From: Bugula neritina
Lineage: Eukaryota; Animalia; Bryozoa
Length of the DNA: 64,000 nt
NCBI GenBank assembly: GCA_964035545.1
Contig: OZ037771.1
Coordinates: 5,799,190 to 5,863,189 of the forward strand
Reading direction: 5' to 3'
The position numbers and the translations under genes were made by a program. Below, one piece after another: positions 37,722 to 50,207 of this stretch (positions are counted from its first letter, which is position 1; each line of letters begins with the position of its first letter). The notes under the pieces are model-generated. The model was not told the DNA's origin, ran no database searches, and saw only the letters and a list, made by a program, of their open reading frames with translations.

Positions 37722-40700
37722 CTAATCTGTATTATCACCACTGGGTTCACTTTCCTGATCAAGTTGCTCACTATCAAAAGCGGAGTTATTCTCTCCTGAT
37801 GCTTCATCTTGGTCACGTGACATTGTTACAGCTTCCTCTACTTGTTCACTTGATTGGTGGTTATGCATGCAATTCTATAAGAAAACACGTGTATTATTAT
37901 TCTGCACACAATTAAGGATGAATGAAAAGTATTATAACTCCTTCTCACAACTGTTAGTTAGAGCGGGCAGACAACTACTCACAGTCATTTCTTCCTCTGA
38001 TAAGCTACTCTTTTTTCTCAATAACACTTTTCGCTTCCATTCAGGTAAACTTTCAAACTTTTCTCTTTCTTTCCTCTTAGCCTCTTCTATCTTTTGCTGA
38101 ATTTCCTAAGTTATTATCATTAAAACAAAACCATCAGCTTTGTGATACACTAAGACTCTCAAGTATTATTTATATTCCATATCAGGTTGAGTGGACAATT
38201 CTCAATATTCAGTGTCAAAAATTTCCAAATATTATTACTCAGCTACACCAACTCAACATAAACGAACAGAGCGATAAATAACTTTATATTCGCACTCAAA
38301 GAAGCCTAACGACCCCCCAGTCCACCACCACATTCTATAGCCGAAGGTCACTACCCCCTATAGCCCAAGCTCACACATTCTGTAGTCCAAGCTCACAAAA
38401 TTCTACAACTTGAGTTCACCACATTCTATAGTCCAAGAGAACAACATTTTATAGCCTAAGGTCACTGCATTCCATAGCTTAGAAGTAATCTCACGACCAC
38501 ACTCTTTAGCCTAAGTTTAACACATTCTATAGCCCAAGCTCGCACATTCTATAGTCCAAGCAAACAACATTCTATTGCCTAGAAGTAATCTCATGACCAC
38601 ATGCTACAAACTACAAGTAAATAAACACAAAGCTGATCACCTATTTAAATATATGCGTGTCAAGTGCAGCATTCTAACACACATCAACGTATTTTACATT
38701 TCTCTCATCGCTGCTGACATCCCTATATGATTAGATTCATGCTCTCATGTGAATTCTGTAACCAATCATCACTTCTATAGTAAGTATGTAGATTGTAGTA
38801 CAACCTACATGTTGTAAAAACATGTGCAGTATTCAGTAAAAACAGCAGGATACAAATTACACACATTGTTTACTTCTAAAGATATTAGCTTTGCATATAA
38901 TGTAGTTACTATAGAATGCAAGGCTAGTGGCTCTCAATGCAGCTCTGCAAAATGATTTGTATTATAATTTATATAATAGATGATGCTTAGTTGTATCCAA
39001 TAGTAAATAAATTTTATTGTATAGAAAAGACCCTGTACTTGCAATACTTTAACTCATTACTATATCATTCCTTGACTTATAAAAAAATTTAACTTGCGGT
39101 TTGCATTTTAATGTACTAACTTCACCTACACATAAAGTGTGCTACTAGTTTCCTTAGCAAAATGACGCAACTATATTATATAGTACTTTATAAAGTGAAA
39201 GTACTACTCACACTGTTGAGTACATTTACTAACAACACCATTGAACACTATTATTACGAATACTGTTAAATACTATTATTTTTATATTACTACTCAATGT
39301 GTGTATGTATTATTCATATATATTAGTTGATAATCTCACTATGTAACAAAAATTAATGGCTGCACAAAGGCAACTGACTAGATTTAATGAATCGCTGCAC
39401 ATTTTTACCATCTCTTTGAGAGCTGCAGCCCATGGGCCATAGAGGCCTAATTACACTAAGATTAAATGTAGTACTGACATGTCATCAATGTTTTTAATAT
39501 AATTAATTTGAGGATATATTATGATTATTTGTTCCATTTCAATTGCTTTCTACATTTCAATTGTTTTATGCATTGTGTTTTTACTTATGGGCAAAAACTG
39601 CCCACTTTTTTGACACTATCTTATTACTAATAATTACGTTGAGTGTCCACAAAGTCTTGAAGAAACTTATCCAATTGTTGAAATATCCTCACCATATATG
39701 TGTCACAGTTCATGAGGTATTTCTGCATATAGCTGACACACATAGTTTGTGCGAACACCTAGATTAGTTGATTAAATATCATGAACGACTAGTGATAGTG
39801 TATTTTTTAAGTTCGATGTCAAGTAATGATAGTATTAGTATCATAAAGTGTGTTGGAGTTTAGGCTAGCAGTAGACATCAAAACCTTACAAAGCTCTTAC
39901 TCATGCTACACCCACCTCTTGCTCTTTTCTTTGGATTTCTTTCTTCTTCACCAGAGGCCTTTTCCACTCGGGAATTGCCTCCCAACGTGCTTCTTCTTTC
40001 TTTCTTGCTTCTTCTTGAGCCTGCAGTTCACGCAAACCCAGATTATTATGTGAGCTTAGCAGGATATGTATGTTACACATCACTTTATCCAGATTTAGTA
40101 GAAGCCATGCTGTTTTGTAGGCACGTTGCCAACGTCACTCATAATTGACGTTTTGCTGCATACTAAAAGATGCATGTGCGTCACAAGCAATTGCTGTAAC
40201 ACTTAGAGTACCTAAAGATTTTAACTCTTCTTATACCAAACCTCATAATATCAAACAAGTAGGTTGTGAAGACAGCATGACTATCAAGTTCTAGCACCGA
40301 CTCAGTAAGATGACTGAAACACAGTTAGGGTAGTGGTCTTAAGTTAACATATGAACATTTATCTGTCTGTATACTGAGATAAACTCAATTCAAAATCAAA
40401 CTACAAGTTGGAAACTTAAGCTATGCCAGGTTACACAGTATACGTTAAAATTATCTATAAGCAACCCTTAGTTGGGGTGACTGAGTGCAATAGTTTGGGC
40501 GTCGAGTTTGAAGTTAGGATTTCGAAGTTAAAACTTAAACCCGAGAACCCCAAATTACTGCACTCATTCACCCCCCAACTCAGGGCTGCTAATAAAATAA
40601 CTTGTATATGTAATATTACAATAGAAGTGTCCGCATAATATTATAATCATGCTTATATGAAGTTAATGTTGAAGATGATTTTTAAATTTCTTCTTTATTG

Positions 40701-41030
40701 AGATGTCATTCAACAATAGTGAAACACACATATTAACAAAAAGAACACCCTTAATTGATCCAGTATATTGGCTAGTCCCATATATGAAGAATTAAATATT
40801 TTACAAAATATCTTTAGATAAGGTTAAATAAACTATTTGAATAAGGGATTCTTATTGCATAATGTATTCTCAAATCTAACAAACTTTACCAGATATTCTG
40901 TAATCAGTTTCAAGTTTTTCTCTTGGATAGGCTTATATTGCCATTGAGGTGTTTCAGAGTCTATCAGTCTTACACCTTTCACGTGGAGGTAGTCAGTGAT
41001 GTTGATATCAGAGATGTCACAGACCGGCAT
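37722..41030 (-). CDS. Espin/forked-like PxWK-repeat protein B (inverted paralogue of A)
   Basis: Exons 41030-40890, 40020-39916, 38105-37983, 37874-37722, all phase 0 with GT-AG. Protein includes ...VRLIDSETPQWQYKPIQEKNLKLITEYL / AQEEARKKEEARWEAIPEWKRPLVKKK / EIQQKIEEAKRKEREKFESLPEWKRKVLLRKK / acidic tail ...SGDNTD*. Confidence 0.7.
38325..38600. repeat. Degenerate minisatellite (CACATTCTATAGCCCAAGCT-like, about 22 bp)
   Basis: About 10 diverged copies within an intron of gene B. Confidence 0.7.
40465..40587. mobile_element. About 120-bp hairpin MITE
   Basis: Inverted arms CCCTTAGTTGGGGTGACTGAGTGCAATAGTTTGGG / CCCAAATTACTGCACTCATTCACCCCCCAACTCAGGG. Confidence 0.65.
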
Positions 41031-42089
41031 CTACATACAGAGAGGAAGACATATTGCTGCCAACTGTCTAATTACTGCTAACCCCGTGTTGTAGGTACAA
41101 AGTATTCTATTAGTGTGATATACTAAAAGCCAGTCAAATATTGATGAAATTAAACATTATTATCTCTCATGAATTTAACAACTGAATCTATTATTCTAAA
41201 AACTTTTCTATTTTCCAGTGATATCAACTTAATGTTTACAAAACTAGCATAGTACTTGACATGATATAGGAAAAGTAAAAAACAACTTTTTACATTATAG
41301 ATAAATTTCTTATTATACTGACCTTGAAACAAGTTTTAGGCAGAGTTTTTAGTGCATTTAAGTAGATCTGGTCAATATTGAAACGCACTGCTTAGCAGGT
41401 GACAGAATTATCCCAGAGAAACGAACCCATGAAGCAGCATGCTCTATTATAGTCTAGACATGCGTTGTGCTTATTCTGATTTATTGATCAAATAGCTGAT
41501 GCTGAAGAATCATTATCGATATAATATTAATATAAAGCAACGAGATAAGAGATGTAAATTACTCAGATAATCAATGATTTGCATATACAACTATACTGCA
41601 TGATAGCAGGAGTATGCAACTCTCCAGCATAAAAATAAGTTGTGAGCGCAAGTTGAGTTGGAAAACAAAGTAGCAAATGAATTTGTTTTCCTTTTCCTGC
41701 AAATTTAAATTAAGGACATTTTTGCCAAATCAGCACACAAAAGAGAACGTCCAAATGAACAGGCATTTAGTATGAAATAATTGATTTACCATATTTTCAA
41801 TAGATGAGAACCCATCATTGTGCCCAAGAATGAAGATTAAGATCTTATTAATGCTTATTGATTGTGCTCATGTTTATTGAGGACACCTAATTACACCTTT
41901 CAACGAATTCACAGTAATCTCATTAATATATTTTACCAAATTAATTTATAACAACTAATCACTAGCTAGCAAATCAGAGTCAGTGTGAACATTAAAATCT
42001 AAGAATACATTTAGTGCTATTTGTGCTCCTTCAAATTAGCTATGAAATTGGTTTATGACAAACCAAATTTTGAATTCATTAAATATTTC

Positions 42090-42240
42090 AGTGTGTGTAT
42101 GTTTGTGTGTGCATGTGTGGGTGTTTGTGTGTATGTTTGTGTGTGCGTGGGTGTGTGCGTGGGTGTGTGCGTTTGTGCATGCGTTTGTGTGTGTGGGTGT
42201 GTGTGCGTGTATGTTAGTGTGTGTGCGTGTGTTGATGTGT
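42090..42240. repeat. (GT)-rich microsatellite
   Basis: Imperfect GT repeats. Confidence 0.9.
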
Positions 42241-42441
42241 TTAAACAAATTACAGATTGTTTTTCAGTCTTATAGTTAGTGACATGTTCTAAGAAATACG
42301 AGAATCAACCACTCAGCAAGTAGAGAACTTAATAGAAATTTTATTTTATAAACTGCAGAAATATTTTGTTATAAAATTTAAAAGAGGGCAATATGTACAG
42401 AAAAAATATACACAAGTTATGCTACACTAAGACCAGCTCTC

Positions 42442-45168
42442 TCATTTCATTTTATCTTGCACTATTTTTCCGTATCCACCACGACCATCATCAAAGTCAG
42501 TTCTGTACTCATCACGAACCTGCAACATCATAAAATATAAACTCAGCTGTGTATTAATACGCTCACTATAGGATATACTCACTTACTATACGATATACAC
42601 ATCAAGTATAAAATATATACACAATACATAAAAGATATATCCACTTAGTACAGACTTTCTTTATTTAGTATATTTTCACTATAAAACTCACTTACACAAG
42701 TTTACAGTTGCCATCCTGTGAGAAAACCCTTGATGGAAGAGGTTTTTGTTAAATCAGGCTAAGGACTTATTCATATGTGGCACAGACAATTATGACTGGA
42801 TGTTCTTCCTAGCATCACCAATGGCCTTTGTCGGGTTCAAACTCATGACTTCGTGTTTACTAGACAAAAGCTCTAACCCCTAGACCACGGCTGCTCCCTA
42901 TATTTTCACTATACAGTATTTATACTCAGTAAAGTTATTTCCAACAAGCCACAATAAGTTGACTCACCTGACCCCCTGACCGACCTCGGCCAAACTGCCT
43001 CCCTTCCACGAATCCCGCGTCCCAGTCCGTACGTACAATCCTGTCATCAAGACGAGTCCCGTTCACATACCTCATGCAGTTCTCCGCATCAGCCCTGTCA
43101 TAATATCTAGTATCTGCTAAGGAAACTTGCAAGTGATTTGAACATGACACAGATGAGTATTGCAAACACAATATTTTTTGTAAATGTTGCATCATCAAAT
43201 ATTTAATGCAGCTAAACAATGTCCAATATATTGTACATTTATACTTGGCATATTACAATTAGTTTGTTAGATATTACATAAGTAAATGGTCTGATGTAAT
43301 ATTTGTTATTGCAGACCAACAAAAACTAGCAGTTCTTTGTATGACAGCACAGGCACAATAGCAAAGCTTTCAGTCTATTTCATTTTCTGATAAGACAACT
43401 CCTGCATTACAATTTTTCTTCGTACAAACAGCCTGAAACATGAGGAACAAAACTGCTCTTCTAGAAAATTATTATGAAACTTTACAAAAAGAGAGTAAAT
43501 ACTCAAGACTTGGAAACCGTACATTATCTGAAGTACTTATATTGCCATAGAAAATCTTTTGCTATCAGCATTTTTATATCACCAAAATGTCTTTGATTTA
43601 TTGAATCAACTTTGAACAAAGATATTTGAATCAGGAAAACATACTCAACACCATGAAACGGCTGACCTCAGGTAAACACAATACACAAGACTAACTAAAA
43701 CAAAATAATATCTTTGATCCTTTTTTCCTTCCTGAATTGAAGAATATATATTCACAGGGTAAAAGATAATGAATCAATTAGAATCGGGGAGTCTTTAACT
43801 TTCTAGTGGTGCAAGAAGTTGTAAGCAACACGAGACACATGAAGAAAGTTCATTTTCAGCAGCTTTTGATTCAGATAATGTGTTTAAACAATGCACATGT
43901 TTTATGAGCATGGACATTGACATAAATTAAGAAAATTTCATGAAGCTAACACAGCTTTTATATCGACTGATTTATTTTGAAAAGGTCATCTAGTACTTAC
44001 CAATTCAAATCATATACTTTTCACTCCCCACCTCAACAGCTCAATTCACCTAGATTTTACTCACTAACTGATAAAAAGGATACTCTACAAAGCAGAAACC
44101 ACAAGGTGTCCTCTTATGCTTGTCTAAGCCCATTATTATTCGTTTAACATCTCCTCCCCGAGAGAACAACTCCCATATCTGCTCTTCAGTTGTGTAGAAG
44201 GAGAGGTTTCCTACGTACAGCGTGGTGCTGGCCTTGAGTTTCTCTTCCTGTAGGGTCCGGCTACCCTGTCATATGTCAAGAATATTTTTGACACACACCG
44301 TCAGTGCCTGCTCATTATTTCACAGTTTGTAATATCTACTAACAACCAATAAACATGGCAACATGCTTGTAGCATCTACTAGCTACGAATGACCATGCTT
44401 GTATAACCTGGTAGCAACCAATGATTCTAAACACCAATGTTATAGTGTAAATTCAAAGCAGGACCACCTTGTTTACGTGTCCATAGAAATAATATTACGT
44501 TAACATGATGTTAGAGTCGTATGCCCGATAACAATAGATTTCTTGGCACACTTTGTGAAACCATAGTTATTAACTTGAGAATTTACTGGCTGATGACATT
44601 GCAGTTGGGTTCAGTCAGGAACTGAGCCAAAGGTGTCAAAATGTAACCTGACTGGTGTTTACAAAGCGACTTGCTTATATTAACTGCCCTTCTAGTAGAT
44701 TGCAATGTATAACCAGGTGATCTGGGTTAATGAGTCAATAGAAAACATGGGCTCCCAAAATATACTCTAAGAAAATTAATTTGCATGAGCGAACAGCTCT
44801 AACATCAACATTTAGATTGTGTCTACAGCATTTTCTTGTATATTTTATTGTTACATATATGTATGTAAGGTAGTCCGGACTTGAGTACAAAGAAATACTA
44901 TTTGAAAAACTAAATGAATGTTAGTGCTGACCAGCTTACGTTTTTTTAGCTTATCATTAAAATTGACAAGTGGCAAGTTCTTATGCTAAAATATGCCAAC
45001 TTGAAGCAAATGTAGCCTGTAATCCATAAGATATAAAAACAAAACAGACTGAAGATGCCTCTACTTGAACCAGCATACCTTGAAGTGTTGGTCTCTGTAG
45101 TTACTGAGAAGAGTGGATTTATGCTGCACTTGTCGGGTTTCTGAGAAAGGGCTTTTCCACACATCCAT
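42442..45168 (-). CDS. NCBP2: Nuclear cap-binding protein subunit 2 (CBP20)
   Basis: Exons 45168-45079 (…[10 protein letters not shown]), 44265-44084 ([23 protein letters not shown]…TPCGFCFVE), 43106-42968 ([46 protein letters not shown]), 42519-42442 ([18 protein letters not shown]…*). Highly conserved CBP20 RRM sequence. Confidence 0.97.
42683..42898 (-). mobile_element. tRNA-derived SINE with a conserved central domain (V-SINE-like); 5'-truncated copy at about 56260-56422 (+)
   Basis: Head GGGAGCAGCCGTGGTCTAGGGGTTAGAGC…GAGTTTGAACCC; body TGGTGATG(C/T)TAGGAAGA(A/G)CATCCAGT…GGGTTTTCTCACAGG shared by both copies. The V-domain assignment is from memory and unverified. Confidence 0.7.
43107..44083 (-). 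other. U12-type (minor spliceosome) GT-AG intron in NCBP2
   Basis: 5' splice site GTATCCTTT (44083-44075); branch-site-like TTCCTTAGC about 10 nt before the terminal AG; no polypyrimidine tract; splits the Glu codon of CFVE/YY in phase 2. Confidence 0.9.
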
Positions 45169-47417
45169 ACTAAGAATATAAATGCTTGGTTTTATTCAGC
45201 TACCTATTTATCTCTGATCTCATGCGTTATTAAAAATCAATGCATTAATTTTTTTCATTTTTAGTAGCACTTATAGTTGTACTAAAATAACTATTAAAAT
45301 ATAAAATATTTTACTTAGAAATACCAACAGTAGATACTAGTACTAGCTACAATGACGAACAACTAAAAACCTTTAGCAAAATAGACTTTAGTAAAATTAA
45401 ATGTTCTCCTGGTTTAACAGGATCAGTATTAGTTGATTGTGGTTATAAATATTTAGTATCAGTCTGAGTCACAGTAGGAATACTACACCAGACCTTTGTT
45501 GTACTCGCAGTAGTACTCAGACTCACATTAGGGTACTGGCAGTAAGTACTAAGGAAGAGCATCAGTGAGTACTTACAGATACTTTAGCAAAAGCGAACAA
45601 TAGTGGTAATGACAAGGTTCCACCATTAATAAAAGCATAACGATAATTATTACTGCTACACTTAATCTTATGGTGATCATATTGGTATTCATTAGTATTA
45701 TGATTATAAGAATACGTACCAAGCAGTGTGATCAAAGCACTATAATTACTATAATTACAATATTCATTTAATCTTAATTACATTTTTAATAAAAATTGCA
45801 ATGAATAAATTTTTATAATTATTACTGAAAAATAAAAAACTATCATTATCAATGATAATCAATAATGATCCATCACCTAATGATAATATAAATATTGATA
45901 TAATTATTATGATAAAAAAAATAAATTATCATTATGTTGCTTTGACCACATTATCATTAAACTCAAATTATTAATCATCTACTTCTAGTTTTACTATTAC
46001 TGATCACCATAATTAAATTCAATATCACATAACCATAGCTGTAGTACTAATACTTGGTCTAGTGGTAGTAGTAGTACTAATACTTATTAAACAATAATAA
46101 ATAATTATAATACTGGTAAGTGTAATACTAATGCTAATACTAATGGTAATATTAATAGCATTGCCATTAGCATTAGCATCACTATTTATGAATGTATTAT
46201 ATTTATTTATTATCCAGTTTCATATTGATACAAATTAAAAAAATTATAACTTAACTTTAAAATATAATTATATTTATTATTATTCTATATTTATGATTTA
46301 TCAAGTTCAATAAAGTCAAAATGAAAATGAATATGAACATTACGATTATTACTAAATTCAATTGTATTGAATTTTCTTTCAGTCTTTGACTTTCTGTTTT
46401 CTGATTTCTAACAGTAACACTTACAGATTGAGGTTACAGTTAGTGTTACTGTTAAACTTAATCATAATGAGTTAGTGTTACTGAGAGTGAGTTGGTGTTA
46501 CTGAGTTAGTGTTACTTAAAGTGGGTTAGTGTTACTGAGTTAGTGTTAGTGTTACTCAATTTTTAATGTGTTATCAAGTGTAAAACTATGAGTATGACTA
46601 ACAGTATCAGTGAGTGTAACAGCAACACTAACTCCAACTGTAAGACTAAGACCAGGAGTAAGACCAAGTGTAATTGTAAGTCAGTAAGTCTGTAAGATTA
46701 AGCGTAACCTCAGCGCTCAGCCTGTAAATAAATGTAAGTGTAAGAGTAAGACTAAGAGTAAGTGCTACACTAAGTCTAAGTGACTAACAGTAACTCAGTA
46801 ACTGTAAATTAAACTTAAACCTAAAGTTAACTGTTAAGTTTTAGTTATTTAATTTCATTCTAATAAATAAATATTATCAAAATAAACCATATTTAACTTT
46901 GCCTAAGAGATTGTCATTTACTTTTACACTATAATTGTAATTGGAAAGCTCATACACATGTGAAATAATATAATTATATACTTATAATTATATTACTACT
47001 TCAAAAGTAACATTGTGATTGTAATCATTATGATAATCATTATGATTATGATTATCTTCATACACATTACACTGCTGATGTTGGTGCGATACTGATCCGA
47101 GTGAATGGCACGGATATTACCGAAAACCCTGCACATGAAAGTAGCATAGCCATCAGAGTTATCTCCTAAAACTGGTAGAATAACTCCCGGATAGCATAGC
47201 GATCCCTAAAGAACGCCAACCATAAGAAGCAGTATGGTGTGGAACAGTTACCCTTTTATTGATCATAAATGTATTAGCAATGGTGAAATATATTTATAAA
47301 GTGTTCCTAATTATAGCTGCTGCCTAGTCCCAATGAGTCAAGTTACCCATTGCAATGTTATTTGACTTTATTAGTAACTGCCTATGCTGCAAGCAAATAC
47401 ATAGTTTTTATATACAG

Positions 47418-48761
47418 TAGGGGTAACGGGGGGGGGGGGGGGGGGGCACAACGGGCCGAATTTTGCATTTGTTGCTCTCATTCGTCTGTTTTTCAAGTTA
47501 CTAGTTCAATAATCTCTAGTCTTAATGCTGCATCTGTTGTCTATTACAGGTACCAGTTTGTTGTTTCTATCTCTCTCACAACTTTCAGAATAATGAAATT
47601 TTCATGACGAAAAAATTGGCCCATTGTGCCCCGGTACCGGGGTACAATGGGCCACTGGGTGAGACACAACAAATATATTGAATTTTGCGTATTTTGTTAC
47701 ATCTGATCTTTATTTATTTAATATTACAAATAAATAAAGATACTCTTTCAGATCTACAGCAAGATTCATGTTTTAGCTGTACAGTTTATGCCACTACGGA
47801 TAGCAGAGGAAGGCAAAATCAAACGCACGTCACTCGGTTCTGCAGTGCCATTATCATGCATTACTGTTTAGAACTAAAAATGTTCTGTTATTTTCACCTC
47901 AGAGGAACGTTTATCCAAAAAAAACTTTAGTAACATGTGCTACAAAATTCTGAGTAGACTTTTTCCTATGAACTGTAGCTAAGGTGCATGCATGGCTGAG
48001 GTTTGTGACTGAAGTACGGAAGGGAGAGGGGGGAGCAAATGAGCAAATCACAATTTATTTTAGTCAAATACATGTATATTCCCTCAATGGTGTAATATAT
48101 AATGAATATCATAACTATCTACTAGTAGCAAGTAGCAACTGCAGAGTGTTTTGTATTATGTATAAAATGGCAAAGCTTTAACCTCACCAGATGTATATAT
48201 TAGGGGAACTTCACCTTGTAGTTTTGTAGTCTTACCATGATGTCTTTGATATTTTACAAAAAGGTCAAAAATGACTTTATCTATAGATTTTAGTAACATC
48301 TCAACGAACTTTTTGAGCAAACAAACTAATAACAGTGATCAGGGTGCAATAATCAGGTGGCCAATTGTGCCCCGGTCAGCGTGACCCATTGTGTCCCGTG
48401 TGGCCAAATTGAAAATAAATGTGCCTCAAGGAAAAACTATTTTCAAGTTTGCTGTCATACTAGTTAAGCAATGTAGAGACAAGCAATGGCAACAATAGTA
48501 GTAAAATATAGGGTTCTTGCATTTGAGTGTAAAAAGTTATAAAGTTTTAACGACATCCTAAAAAATTTACAAAAAGTAGGTAAAAACAGTTTTTTACTCG
48601 CCTTTTCAACATGCATGTTCCGCAAGTGTTGAAACTACAAAGGCTGAATAATTATGTCAATATCTTTTTATGAAAAAAATCACAACTCTAAGTCAATAAG
48701 TTCTCTCACAATTTGGCCGGCTTTTTGTACCCCTATGACTGTTGTGCCCCCGTTACCCCTA
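47418..48761. mobile_element. Non-autonomous DNA transposon (about 1.35 kb, TA target site; Tc1/mariner-pogo-like)
   Basis: TA|GGGGTAACGGG(G)nGCACAAC … GTTGTGCCCCCGTTACCCC|TA; internal repeats of the ATTGTGCCCC motif at about 47620-47655 and 48360-48400; no transposase ORF. Confidence 0.8.
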
Positions 48762-50207
48762 TACTCCTGCGCAGTTAGCCAAGATAATATAATATATAAT
48801 GATATATTATATATAAAATAATGTATATAATAATATTGCAGAAACACTAATGTATAAAAAAGTGTGATGCGGGAATTTATAGGTGGCATGTATTATAGTG
48901 TTATGGACTTATAACTACTACACAGTGTAGCGTAGACATTAAATAGTTGTAACACAATTACCATGCAATGCATGAGTACATGAAGATACTAGAAAGGGTA
49001 AGGCCACTACATTAGTAAAAGTTTGTTATAGATCGACATACTGTCTTCATTCTAATAAATGGTACAGGTATCAATGGAATATTTTAGCGATATAAACATT
49101 TTCTCAAAAACCTGTTTTGCTCTGCTTGTGACAAAACTGAATTGGGGTTATTTCCCCTGCAGTGTGTCTCTTTTTTTGCTGACAACACAAAAATATATAA
49201 AACTATAATTAATAAACATATACAAATGATCGAAAAAACTATGCCAAGCTGATTTGATTTAGACATACACATCGCACATACACTTTCATTGCATTTTATT
49301 AACCTGATTTACCATTTGAAAATACAACATCACTTTAAAAAATCTCAAAGCTACCATTCAATAAAAAATGCTGCATTTTAAACACAAAATGCACCCAAGC
49401 ACTATTAAACCAATTTTAAATAAACACTATAAATAAGTTAAAGTATAATCTATAATTATGCAAAAAATAAGTAATATGCATCGAAATATAATTAGAAACA
49501 AAATGGTGAACCAGACTGTGTAAAGGAAGAAAATAATATTTATTCTGAGATTGCCTTGTATCACATTCATAAAATCAGTGAAAAATTTGCTTAGGTAATG
49601 TATATGCACAACTGGATATTAAGTATAAGAGTGGTAATACAGCTGACAATAAGAATGAATAATAAAAATAACAATCATCACAGATTTAAAACTGAATGAA
49701 ATTTATTTACAAATAATAAATAATATAAACACATCATTATGTCAGCAGCAACACTGCAGATGTCTGAAGAATACAGTTTATATGCACTAATCAAAAGTAA
49801 ATTATTATACATTTGTAAAGCCTTGGACTTTGGTTCAAAACTGGAGTTATTTCCCCAAAAAGATAGTGAAACTCGTTTAATTAAACATACTTTTTAAAAA
49901 ATATGATAACATTTGACTAAGCATTGAAAGTGTTGACCCGCACCAAAGATATGCATATCACTTAAATGGACATAGTGGGTCAATTGAATTTGAAATTATG
50001 GTGTGAACCAGGCGTTAACTTGGCCAATACATTATTTGATTTGACTAGCTCTCTTTAATATGAGCAAAGTGTACTTTTTCCAAAAAGTCATAAAATTAGA
50101 AATTTCTCATTTCGCTTAGTAAAATAATTTAATATCTTAAAAATATTGGCATATTACGTGAATAGCCAAAATTCTGAGCATGTAAACAAGCCATGTTTAT
50201 GGACAAA

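Noticed and set aside
42021-42279. Cys/Val- and His/Thr-rich ORFs
   Set aside because: Translations of a GT microsatellite.
47060-47270. CpG-richer segment with a partial hairpin, considered as an snRNA or SL RNA gene
   Set aside because: No recognisable snRNA sequence or convincing Sm site; more likely promoter-like, and it needs an Infernal search to settle.
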